Shown in pieces: positions 1 through 11,420 of a stretch of 64,000 bases of DNA; the first letter of the stretch is position 1, and the number at the start of each line of letters is the position of its first letter. The translations under genes and the position numbers were made by a program. The stretch spans positions 12,586,001 to 12,650,000 of the forward strand of contig OZ024750.1 in NCBI GenBank assembly GCA_964016885.1, read 5' to 3'. This DNA is from Eledone cirrhosa (lineage: Eukaryota). The notes below the pieces were generated by a model, which was not told the DNA's origin, searched no databases, and saw only the letters and a program-made list of their open reading frames with translations.

Positions 1-100
1 TAGAAATAGCTAGTCTATTATACACAGGAAAAAATATCCATTATTCATCAAAATGTAGAGTGGAGTTTAGAGATGCACTATATTATCTCTCACTTCAACT

Positions 101-296
101 TCACTTTAGTAGGGCGGTAGATTGGCAGTATCGGTAGAGGGTCGGACGCCATGCTTTCCAGCATAGTTACGTCCCTTTACGATCTGAGTTCAAATCCCGC
201 CGAGGTTGACTTTGCCTTTCATCCTTACGGGGTCGATAAAATAAAGTACCAGTAATGCACTGGGTAATTGCTGGCCTTGTGCCTAAAGTAGAAACA
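101..296 (+). mobile_element. tRNA-derived SINE family B (Nin/Deu-like central domain) with 19-bp target-site duplication
   Basis: A-box-like TGGCAGTATCGG, B-box GAGTTCAAATC, core TTTCATCCTTACGGGGTCGATAAAATAAAGTACCAG; ATTATCTCTCACTTCAACT repeated at 82-100 and 297-315. Confidence 0.85.
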
Positions 297-821
297 ATTA
301 TCTCTCACTTCAACTAGAATTGTTCTAAGCAAGTGGCATGTTTTGTTGTACATGATGTTTATAGAATTGCCAATTTTCCAATCTTTCAACAAAACGTTTT
401 ATTTTTATTTCTGTAATTACTAGACTTTTATAAGGACTATCTACATGGAGTTATGTTCATTAAACTGCTTTTCAAGAGTAGTTATTCAATGTTAATTTGA
501 ATTTATAGAAATCAACAAAACTCTTTCATAAAATTATTTTCAACGAAAATAAATAACATAAAAGGCAATAATAGTCCTGATTTATTTTAATGATGATATG
601 ATGAAATCCAAGTGGATGTATTTGTTTATTTCTTAAATATATTCATTACACACATACACACACATGCACACGCAGACACACAGATGCATACACACAAACA
701 CACAGAATTTATGTATCTTACTCTCTCTCCATTCATCTTTTATATATGTTTATGTGTATACACATACTCAAATGCATATGAAAGATAGAGAAAGAGAGAG
801 TTGTTATTTAATTCTCATTAT

Positions 822-895
822 TACGGGGTTGATAAAATAAAGTACCAGTAATTTACTAGGTAATTGCTGGCCTTGTGCCAAAAGTAGAAACAATT
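822..895 (+). mobile_element. 5'-truncated SINE family B
   Basis: Matches the 3' half of 101-296. Confidence 0.75.
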
Positions 896-974
896 ATATA
901 ATATATTTATAGAGAGAATATTTTGAGAAACTAACAGCACCAATGAAACTTCAAAGTTCATAGTGACTATTAAT

Positions 975-1262
975 AATTGTTTCTACTTTTGGCACAAGGC
1001 CAGCAATTACCCAGTACATTACTGGTACTTTATTTTATCGACCCCGTAAGGATGAAAGGCAAAATAATGACTTCTACTTTTAAGCTCATGGCCAGTAATT
1101 TGGGGGAGGGGTCAATTAAAATGACCCCAGGTCATTACTGGTGCTTTATTTTATCGACCCCATAAGGATGAAAGGCAAAATTGACCTCGGTGGAATTTGA
1201 ACTGAGAGGGTAAAGGTACGTAGCAATATGCCACAAAGCATGTTGTCCAGTGTTCTGCCATC
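975..1262 (-). mobile_element. SINE family B, chimeric or nested copy with two core segments
   Basis: Reverse complement of family B; degenerate flanking direct repeat TCATAGT(G/C)ACTATT(A/G)ATAAT. Confidence 0.75.
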
Positions 1263-1657
1263 CTCATAGTCACTATTGATAATAAACATTATTTTGACTC
1301 CATAAACGGTATATGATTCTTTCATTCAGTTCTTAGTGTTTTATTACACAAACCTATGAAGCAAGCATGTGTGTCTGTCTATCTATCTATCTGTATGTAT
1401 GTGTCTGTCTGTCTGTGTGTGTACATGTGTGTGTGTGTGTACCTGTGTGTGTTACGTATGGAATACTTATTTGACAATTCTGACAGATTTTGCAAAATTG
1501 CAAAATGTCCTAGCTACACATTTACCATATCTACGTTAGAACTTCAGTTCTAACATAGAATGCTTTGCAGTATTTTTTGGTAAATCTGTTATTTTTTTTC
1601 TTTTGTTTGTTTGTTTTTGTTAAGTAACATTTCTCTTATTTATTTCCTATTTTTAAG

Positions 1658-1821
1658 AATGGTCCCGAGAAACTTTATTAGAAACTTGGATGACTGATCC
1701 ATTTGCATGCTGTGAAAAGTGTGGAGTTACTCCCCCACCTAGTCTCTACAGTGATCAGCCAATCCTTCCAGAAACTCTCAACAGTCCAACCACTTCCGAA
1801 CCACCACAGCAAGACGCTATT
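1658..1821 (+). CDS. ANKIB1: ANKIB1 exon (pre-RING1 region, WSRETLLETWMTDPFACCEKCGV...QQDAI)
   Basis: ttttaag acceptor at 1656-1657, GTAAGA donor at 1822; ends in phase 0. Confidence 0.88.
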
Positions 1822-3637
1822 GTAAGATATTTTTCCACATCTAAACATTTCATTATTTCTTATAAAATAAGTATTTTCAGTATGCATTTTGTGTTTGTAT
1901 GTTGTGCAGTTTCTTTTTATATCTATATTGAGCTGATAGTTATATTGCAGTCATAGCATTTGATCTAAAGATTACTGAGAAAAGCTTTAATTTCTAATTT
2001 AATTCTGGATATAGTAGAAAGGGGTTTTAAGGCTTTAGATGTTAGTCCTTCATCAGAAGATAGAATGAGTGTTAGTAGTTTGGGAATATATATAAGTAAA
2101 ATGTGAGCTTCCAAGCCATCTGGGAAATCTGTAACTCCAATTAAGTATTGACATGGTCTTTGACAACCTGTCTAACCCTTGCTGGCAGATAAAACATGTT
2201 AAACAATGATTATGTATATATAAATATATATATATATATATAATTATATATTGATAATTTGACTGGTATGAGCAGTATCTAAAATCGAGTGTCACAACAT
2301 CATTGAAGATAGCGATTTTAAGACGTGTCCAATCACATACTAGCTAATGAAACATATGTTAATACTTGGAATAAACCCTACTGTTTAGCTTATCTGTGTT
2401 ATTCTTCACACTTTCATTATATATATATCATCATCATTTAATGTCCATCTTCCACGCTAGCATGGGTTGGACGGTTTTGTACCACTTAAGGCGAGATTGG
2501 TCGGGAGACGATATCTCACTCGGCAGATTTTCTACGGCTGGATACCCTTCCTAACACGAACATTTACAGTGTGGACTGGGAGTCTTTTTACAGCGTCTCC
2601 TACACGACCACTTTACAGTGTGGACTGGAATGTAATTTTTAAATAACTAGAACATGCTTTTATTAAATTATCACTATCTAGTATACTATATTTTAAATAA
2701 GTAAAGCTGAATCACTTAAAAATCTATAGAAAGCAATTTGTGTAGAGTATATTTTCCCATTAAATCACAGGTATCCATTGATTTGTAAGTAACAGTGATC
2801 CACTTAAATGATGGTTATTTAGTTATGTTATGTTCTATTCAAGTGAATTACAGTACTAAGCAGTTACCCATAACATTCTACTTTTACAGTATTAGATAGG
2901 ATTTAATGATTTATTGATCTTGAATAGTATATTGAAAGATTAACGGTCACCTGTTTCTAATCAAAATAATTCAATCACCAGATAAATGAACCAGTGAAGA
3001 AGAAAATGACATGATGGCGAGGGTGATGTGGAAGTCAATTACTGAACTGTTACAGATCATGGGTGGGGTGGGGTGGGGATTTAACATTTTATCAATAAGA
3101 GAGATGAAAGTATTTGCAAGAACTGTTAAAGAGAACAACAAGCTTTTTGTTTTCATGAATGAAAGTTTCATTCATTTCTTGTACATCAGTGTTAATTTAC
3201 AATTTCTTATTCAAAATGTTAGAGAAATTTTCCATCATTTAGTATTTAGTCAGCTTCGTAGGGAAATGTATTGATTTCATTAAGGTTTTCAGCTTTCTAT
3301 TGAGAGATGTAACCTCATGCTTACAGCTGCAGTTTTCTTTCTGTTAACAAATTCCATACTTGTTTCTTGATATTTATTTTCAAACTTCACTGCAATATGT
3401 ATCTAAAGTTTAGAAATTCAAACAGTCTTTTCATAATTTCTTTAAATTATAAATCTCTACCCTCCTGCAGCAGATTCTTCAAAAACATTATATATAAATA
3501 TTGCATCTATTTTTAAATGTGATTTGATATTACTTCTAAAAGTAGAATAACACTTGATAATATAAACTTAATGAGTACTTGATAACATTTTGAATTTTTC
3601 ACTTTAATACTAAGCTGCCTGTCATTGAATATAAACA

Positions 3638-3683
<46 letters not shown>

Positions 3684-3767
3684 TCAGAAGAGATTGTTTT
3701 GGTAAAAACAGGAGTAAGCAGGAGAAAGCTCTCAACAATCGTAGTTTTTAGTTACGATGGAGAATTT

Positions 3768-4058
3768 TATAAAAATGACAAAATAAGATGCTGAGGTTAC
3801 ATATATCGTTTAATCATTATAATTATTTCCACGGTTCTCCATGCAATCGAGAAAAACACACGTCCTATTGCTTGTGTGCTGGGCACACAAGCAATAGGAT
3901 GCGTGTTTTTCCTTCCAGCGACATATCAAACATATCGGATATCATCTGAGGATACCGTTCTCATAACAACAGCAAATGCATCTCGATTGCATGGAGAACC
4001 GTGGAAATAATTATAATGATTAAACGATATATGTAATCTCAGTATTTTGTCATTTATA
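3768..4058. mobile_element. Fold-back/MITE-like element with ~80-bp terminal inverted repeats and an internal hairpin
   Basis: 3768-3852 is the reverse complement of 3981-4058; internal 29-bp stem 3851-3879/3883-3911. Confidence 0.7.
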
Positions 4059-5952
4059 TATATATATTTATATATAGTCCTTTCCCATACATCCAGATCT
4101 GCCTTCAGTACTGGACAGGTATCTTATTTATCAACTGCATAAAGATAACTTGTAGAACAAATAGCTCAGCAGAACTTGAACTCAGAAAACCTGAACAATT
4201 GCTGTAGTAAATACTGCCAGGCATTTAACATGATGCTCTAATAACTCTGCCAATTTGCTGCATAATGATTTATTTGTAAATTTACCAAAACAGGAAATAG
4301 TATTATGAATTAAAAATGGAACATTTACAATTAATATTGATTTAGAACTTAGAGTGATTTATTTTTCAACTTCATATAATAATAGAATCGGAACTAATAG
4401 CTTAAAATACGTTTCTGCAAACATTGAAATCTAATGGATATTTACTAAACATGAACGTCAAACCCATGCTAGCATGAAAAAATAGACGTTAAACAACAAT
4501 GATGATGGTGATGATGATGAATGGGTGTTTTTATTTTAAAAAGAAAACATTGATATCTAATAGATATTTACTAAACAGGTCTTTTTATTTTAAAAAAAGG
4601 GAAGTTATAATCTTTTATAACACTTATTCATATTCTCCATTTTTTTATGTTTAGTGACGGAAGCAACAACAGTGCCCATAACGCTTTTTAGGGCTTCTGA
4701 AGCTAGTTGGAAGGAAGATACCTTCAAACCATAAATCTGGTTCAAGTACTTGAATTGGTGAACTCTACTAAAGGCACCCATGGTCTAGATGGTAGTGGTG
4801 CTAAACTGGTCAACAGATTAAGTCTACCATCCAAATAAACCACTGTGGGATTTGAATTCAGAACAATGAGTCAGAACAAGTCTTGTACTATGTTCTAACA
4901 ATTTCACAGATCTACTTCCCTGGGCTGGTACTTTAGTTTCAACTTTGAAAGATGAAAGGCAAAATTGACACGAGAGAGCTGGAATAAATACTGCCCTCTG
5001 CTCTAATGACTGCCATTTTACCTTTGAATTCTGGGACCTATAAGAAAACATTTAGTTGCTTTATTACTCTGTTACATGTTCCAACTGACATGTTGAGGCC
5101 ATGCTGGAGCAACGAATCATTTCATGTTGGATGTTGTTATATTGTATATCTAACCATATTTCATAGTAGTTATGTTATTCTGTAGCAAATTCATTGGTAT
5201 ATCATCAGATTTATGATTCAGATTTGAAAGTGTATTTTCACGTAAAATTGATACTCAAGTATAAAAAATAAATAAACTTCAAATAAAACTCTGAAAGATG
5301 TATGTGTTCTTTTATATAAGAATTTTAGATTGAAATAATGAAGTCTCAATCAATTAGCTTAAATTTTGCTATATCAACATTCATCTAGGCGGCTATGCAT
5401 GAAGAAACTTTAATGATTTGAATTTGTCTCTGAGTTAGAGACAGAAAACAAAAATCTAGCGATAATTATTAACTACTCTCAAAGAAGAAAAAAATGGAGA
5501 AATTGAGAATGAATTTTGAAGAAATTTTAATTTCCATGCTTGGGAAGTGTCTGATCTTTGTGTGCCTGCTACAGACATGTTCTGGTTTATCAACACAACT
5601 CAGTCTTAATTATTACAACTAGAAAAACCATTACAAAACATTTGTTCAGTTTATTTCCATTAGTTCAATTTTTATGCAACATTGACTGATTTAAAGAGAA
5701 ATTAGAATTTAGAATGTGTGCAGGTAATGTTTAATTACTATAAGTGTTAAACCATGACTAAATGAGATGTATTAAGTTATAAAAAATCTTGGAATCTTTC
5801 CTGCATATGTGTATATGAGTACATATATAAATAAGTTGTGTAGTTTATAGAATTTCTTTTATAAATGATAACATTATGGAATTTGTATTTATATCTAAAT
5901 AATATTTCTTGGCACTGTGATATATATTTATATATATATATATATATATATA

Positions 5953-6155
5953 TCAGAGAGGGTGTTGTAAGATACCAGGTGGACCATAACCCACCAGAGT
6001 ACTCAATATAAGGGGTAGTAGAGTGGGTAATATGAAAAGATTAAGGACCTCGACGGCTGAGCTCTGGCCGCTTCGACAGCTAGATCCAAACAGTTCAGAT
6101 CTAGCTGTTGAAATGGCCAGAACTCAGCCGACAGGGGTCCTGAATCTTTTCATAT
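5953..6155 (+). mobile_element. Unclassified TA-flanked hairpin element (copy 1)
   Basis: (TA)n on both sides; ~80-bp unique part followed by an imperfect inverted repeat at 6030-6155; related copies at 17051-17219 and 47296-47358. Confidence 0.7.
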
Positions 6156-6234
6156 ATATATATATAGTAACATTTCTTACTTGGCAGTGATATATGTACC
6201 TGTACATATATATATAACATTTCTTATTTGGCAG

Positions 6235-6323
6235 TGTGATATATGTACCTGTACATTTATGATGTCAGAAGAACCAGTTCATATGCCTTGTGAGCACCGA
6301 TTTTGTCGTTCTTGTTGGGAACA
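6235..6323 (+). CDS. ANKIB1: ANKIB1 exon, RING1 first half (CDICTCTFMMSEEPVHMPCEHRFCRSCWE)
   Basis: ttggcag acceptor, GTAAGT donor at 6324; phase 0 to 2; C3HC4 RING ligands. Confidence 0.93.
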
Positions 6324-6591
6324 GTAAGTAAAGATATTATCAAGCTTCTATTTTTTTTCTTCTTTCTTCTTCTCCCAACTTATTCCTAGGAGGGTTGTAG
6401 GGACTGAGTCCTTCCCATTGATCTGGCTGGATCTACAAGCAAGACCAGCCGAGCTCATGGGTGTTATCCAACCATCTTCTTCAGGGTTTACCCCTTGGTC
6501 TCCTGTTTGTTTTTTTTTTTTTGTTTTTTTGCCTGTAAAATCTGTTCAGAAGCTTTTTATTTATTTGTATTGAAAATTCTCTCTATAAAAT

Positions 6592-6750
6592 AATTGTTTC
6601 TACTTTTGGCACAAGGCCAGCAATTATCCCAGTGTATTACTGGTACTTTATTTTATCGACCCCGTAAGGATGAAAGGCAAAGTTAACCTTGGCGGGATTT
6701 GAACTCAGACCATAAAGGGCCGTAACTCTATGCTGCAAGGCATGGTGTCT
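6592..6750 (-). mobile_element. SINE family B
   Basis: Reverse complement of 101-296; flanking direct repeat TCTATAAAATAAT. Confidence 0.8.
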
Positions 6751-7075
6751 TTCTATAAAATAATGCATGCATTGTGTAAGATAGTGCGACTATAAAACAA
6801 TTTTTTTAAACTATTGAAAATTACTTCCATTTTAAAAACAGGCAAACCTTTTATAGATCTAATATTCCATAAATACACAACCGTTTCGTGTTACTCTTTC
6901 ACGTATCCCTTTCATGGTTGCATGTTGTCTTTATTTAATTTTCCTTTTCATAACCTATGTTTATTCATTTTGATAATTATAGCATATTTTGAAATGCAAT
7001 TACTTTCAAACTATCATATATGAAAACAAAATTAACTGTATTGATATATCTAATTATACTCATTAAATGAATGAC

Positions 7076-7296
7076 ACAGAAATATATTAGCTTGAAATGT
7101 CACTACTTAAAAACTATTTAAGAAATTATTTCTAAAATAAAAAATAGTTTTTTTTTAACATTGAATAAGATTTTGATTTTATAATGACAGAAATATATTA
7201 GCTTGAAATGTCAGTACTTAAAAATAATTTAAGAAATTATTTCTAATATTAAAAATATTTTTTTTTAAACATTGAATAAGATTTTGATTTTATAAT
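7076..7296. repeat. ~111-bp tandem duplication (2 copies) immediately upstream of an exon acceptor
   Basis: ACAGAAATATATTAGCTTGAAATGTC... starts at 7076 and again at 7187. Confidence 0.9.
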
Positions 7297-7307
7297 TATA
7301 ATTTTAG

Positions 7308-7452
7308 TTATCTCAATTTAAAAATTCAAGAAGGTGATGCTCATCATATTACATGCCCTGGTTATGACTGTAGTCGACTTGTACCTGTTGATGTGATAGA
7401 AAATGTTGTCTCAAGACCCATGGCCAGACGCTATTTACAATTTGATATTAAA
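7308..7452 (+). CDS. ANKIB1: ANKIB1 exon, RING1 second half ([21 protein letters not shown]...RYLQFDIK)
   Basis: ttttag acceptor, GTAAGT donor at 7453; phase 2 to 0. Confidence 0.95.
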
Positions 7453-7654
7453 GTAAGTTTTGCTTATCATATTTTTACTAACAAATATTATTTATTTTCT
7501 TCATTATAATTTTCTTTATTCTTTTGTTGGTAGAACTGTTTAATTCACACTTGGAACATCTCTTCTTCTTCTTCACTCACTTATTTCTCTCTTTTTTTTC
7601 TGTTCCTTACTCTTCACATTCTCTATCTTTCTATTTCATCTTTTATTTCTCCTA

Positions 7655-7690
7655 TCTTCTGATGAAAGACTAGTGTCTGAAACGTTAAGA
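7655..7690 (+). ncRNA. Minimal type I hammerhead ribozyme motif (Penelope-like element/retrozyme type)
   Basis: TCTT-CTGATGA-A-AGAC-tagt-GTCT-GAAAC-GTT-AAGA: both core boxes, 4-bp stem II, 4-bp stem I, palindromic AACGTT stem III. Confidence 0.55.
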
Positions 7691-7789
7691 CTCTTTTCCT
7701 ATTATCTCAAGCATTAAACAAAAATATATTTCTTCATTGTACTGTGTTGTTTATATTGTTATTTCTGTTTACATTTTTCATACATAAAG

Positions 7790-8200
7790 ATAGTGTGTTT
7801 GGCTTTTATACCTACCTTCCTTGTTCTGATGACCAAATGCTGAAGCTGGTGTATTACTGCACCAGCTCCTGCAATTCTTGCATTTAATTCAGCATCCTGC
7901 CTTCCATTACTTACCAACATGGCCCCAAGATACTTGAACTTCTCCACCTGTTTCAGTGGAACTTCACTCACATGTAGATTGCAAAGTGCAGTCTTCCTTG
8001 AGTGAACAAGTGTCTCAGTCTGCCATGCAGCACTTGGCAGCAAACCTATCAAGTGCATGTTGGATATCAACTTCCACAATTTCCAGCCGACTGATCCTAC
8101 ACTACCAGACTTGATACCACATCCAACTTGGCTGCACATGTCAATCATGTCCATGAAGATTATGAATGGGAGAGGTGACATTACAAACTTAGCTAGTAAT
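7790..8200 (-). mobile_element. Degraded RTE-like LINE fragment
   Basis: Minus-strand translation contains KQVEKFKYLG...ELNARIAGA, typical of the region after the RTE RT domain. Confidence 0.6.
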
Positions 8201-8286
8201 TTTATATTTTTCAATTCCATTTTCAGTTCTCTAATTATTGGTATATAACTCCATTAGTTAAGTACAACTGTTGTGTAGAATTTAAT

Positions 8287-8466
8287 AATTGTTTCTACCT
8301 TTGGCACAAGGCCAGCAATTACCCCAGTGTATTACTGGTGCTTTATTTTATCGACCCCGTAAGGATGAAAGGCAAAGTTAACCTCGATGGGATTTAAACT
8401 CGGACCATAAAGGGCTGTAACTCATTGCTAACTCATGGCGTCAGACCCTCTACCGATACTATCAAC
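8287..8466 (-). mobile_element. SINE family B
   Basis: Reverse complement of 101-296. Confidence 0.8.
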
Positions 8467-9134
8467 CCAATAAGGAACAATTAGTTTAAGGAATAGAATA
8501 CGTTAAGAAAATAATGTTAAGTTTTGTGGTGTAAAACTTGTTTAATTCAGAACAATACATTAATAATCTTATCAATTTTATATTACCGAATGTTGAATAG
8601 AGAACCAAAATCAATGAATACTAATTGACTCTTCAGAGTACAATTATAAAATATAGTCAAACACTTGACTTTTCATGGCAAGAGCTAATGTTAGTGAGGG
8701 ATCTGCCTAATTAACTAACAAATGACATTGGGAATTGTTATACTCACATGTTCAGGCTTTTCAGAAAGACACTAATAGTGTAAGTGAAGAGATATAGCTA
8801 CCATTGATTGAAATATAATCAGCTGTAAACCTGGTTTATTGACTATCTGCTTCTCAATCTACTATGCTTTCCTGTATCATTAAATAATAACTTCATATAG
8901 AAATGTCCCATCGATCAAATCAAATGTCAGAAATGATAGGTATAAATTCTGGTGTAATAAGGAACAGCTTTAAGATGGATAACCAAATATTATCTGAGTA
9001 ATTGTGAAGATAGATGCAGCAGTAGATGACATTTATTGTTTTCACTGAGTTAATTTGTGTATGATTGTGTCGTTAAATACATCACTGGAAAATCTCTTAT
9101 AACTTCATTTTCTCATGCTTTCTAATACCTTATC

Positions 9135-10378
9135 AGAGTAATGTGTAGAGAGAAAGTGTTACTGTGTAAAGAGAGAGAGTAGTAGTGTAAAGAGGGAGTA
9201 GTAATGTGTAGAGAGGAAGTGTAAGGAGTAGTAATGTGTAAAGAGGAAGTAGTAGTGTAGAGAGGAAGTAGTAATGTGTAGAGAGGAAGTGTAAGGAGTA
9301 GTAATGTGTAAAGAGGAAGTAGTAGTGTAGAGAGGAAGTAGTAATGTGTAGAGAGGAAGTGTAAGGAGTAGTAATGTGTAAAGAGGAAGTAGTAATGTGT
9401 AGAGAGGAAGTGTAAGGAGTAGTAATGTGTAAAGAGGAAGTAGTAGTGTAGAGAGGAAGTAGTAGTGTAGAGAGGAAGTAGTAATGTGTAGAGAGGAAGT
9501 GTAAGGAGTAGTAATGTGTAAAGAGGAAGTAGTAGTGTAAAGAGGGAGTAGTAATGTGTAGAGAGGAAGTGTAAGGAGTAGTAGTGTAGAGAGAAAGTGT
9601 AAGGAGTAGTAATGTGTAAAGAGGAAGTAGTAGTGTAGAGAGGAAGTAGTAGTGTAGAGAGGAAGTAGTAATGTGTAGAGAGGAAGTGTAAGGAGTAGTA
9701 ATGTGTAAAGAGGAAGTAGTAATGTGTAGAGAGGAAGTGTAAGGAGTAGTAATGTGTAAAGAGGAAGTAGTAGTGTAGAGAGGAAGTAGTAGTGTAGAGA
9801 GGAAGTAGTAATGTGTAGAGAGGAAGTGTAAGGAGTAGTAATGTGTAAAGAGGAAGTAGTAGTGTAGAGAGGAAGTAGTAATGTGTAGAGAGGAAGTGTA
9901 AGGAGTAGTAATGTGTAAAGAGGAAGTAGTAATGTGTAGAGAGGAAGTGTAAGGAGTAGTAATGTGTAAAGAGGAAGTAGTAGTGTAGAGAGGAAGTAGT
10001 AATGTGTAGAGAGGAAGTGTTACTGTGTAAAGAGAGAGAGTAGTAGTGTAAAGAGGGAGTAGTAATGTGTAGAGAGGAAGTGTAAGGAGTAGTAATGTGT
10101 AAAGAGGAAGTAGTAGTGTAGAGAGGAAGTAGTAATGTGTAGAGAGGAAGTGTTACTGTGTAAAGAGAGAGAGTAGTAGTGTAAAGAGGGAGTAGTAATG
10201 TGTAGAGAGGAAGTGTAAGGAGTAGTAATGTGTAAAGAGGAAGTAGTAGTGTAGAGAGAAAGTGTAAGGAGTAGTAGTGTGTAAAGAGGAAGTAGTAGTG
10301 TAGAGAGAAAGTGTAAGGAGTAGTAGTGTGTAAAGAAGTAATAGTGTGGAGAGAAAGAGTTAATGTGTTGAGAGAATA
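9135..10378. repeat. Purine-rich complex minisatellite (mixed 19/21/30-bp units such as AGTAGTAATGTGTAGAGAGGAAGTGTAAGG)
   Basis: Directly visible tandem units. Confidence 0.95.
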
Positions 10379-10380
10379 TA

Positions 10381-10459
10381 TTGGGTCGTCAAGTATGAAA
10401 TTTGTAGAGATTTGTAGAAAAAAAGCAAATTTCTACAAATGTCATACTTGACGATCCAA
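10381..10459. mobile_element. 79-bp Tc1/mariner-type mini-MITE with TA target-site duplication
   Basis: TA|TTGGGTCGTCAAGTATG...CATACTTGACGATCCAA|TA; the neighbouring repeat unit shows the empty site AGAGAATATATTAATGTG. Confidence 0.75.
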
Positions 10460-10461
10460 TA

Positions 10462-11420
10462 TTAATGTGTAGAGAATATATTAATGTGTTGAGAGAATAT
10501 ATTAATGTGTAGAGAGACAGTAGTAATGTGTAGAGAGACAGTAGTAATGTGTAGAGAAACAGTAGTAATGTGTTGAGAGACAGTAGTAATGTGTAGAGAA
10601 ACAGTAGTAATGTGTTGAGAAACAGTAGTAATGTGTAGAGAGACAGTAGTAATGTGTAGAGAAACAGTAGTAATGTGTTGAGACACAGCAGTAATGTGTT
10701 GAGAGACAGCAGTAATGTGTTGAGACACAGTAGTAATGTGTTGAGAGACAGCAGTAATGTGTTGAGAAACAGCAGTAATGTGTTGAGACACAGCAGTAAT
10801 GTGTTGAGACACAGCAGTAATGTGTTGAGAGACAGCAGTAATGTGTTGAGAGACAGCAGTAATGTGTTGAGAAACAGCAGTAATGTGTTGAGAGACAGCA
10901 GTAATGTGTTGAGAGACAGCAGTAATGTGTTGAGAGACAGCAGTAATGTGTTGAGAGACAGCAGTAATGTGTTGAGACACAGCAGTAATGTGTTGAGACA
11001 CAGCAGTAATGTGTTGAGACACAGCAGTAATGTGTTGAGAAACAGCAGTAATGTGTTGAGACACAGCAGTAATGTGTTGAGAGACAGCAGTAATGTGTTG
11101 AGAGACAGCAGTAATGTGTTGAGAGACAGCAGTAATGTGTTGAGAGACAGCAGTAATGTGTTGAGAGACAGCAGTAATGTGTTGAGACACAGTAGTAATG
11201 TGTTGAGAAACAGCAGTAATGTGTTGAGACACAGCAGTAATGTGTTGAGAAACAGCAGTAATGTGTTGAGACACAGCAGTAATGTGTTGAGAGACAGCAG
11301 TAATGTGTTGAGAGACAGCAGTAATGTGTTGAGAGACAGCAGTAATGTGTTGAGAGACAGCAGTAATGTGTTGAGAGACAGCAGTAATGTGTTGAGAGAC
11401 AGCAGTAATGATATGTAGAG
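10462..11420. repeat. 21-bp minisatellite (AGCAGTAATGTGTTGAGAGAC), about 43-45 copies
   Basis: Directly visible; produces the spurious ITAVSQH and SSNVLRD repeat ORFs. Confidence 0.97.
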
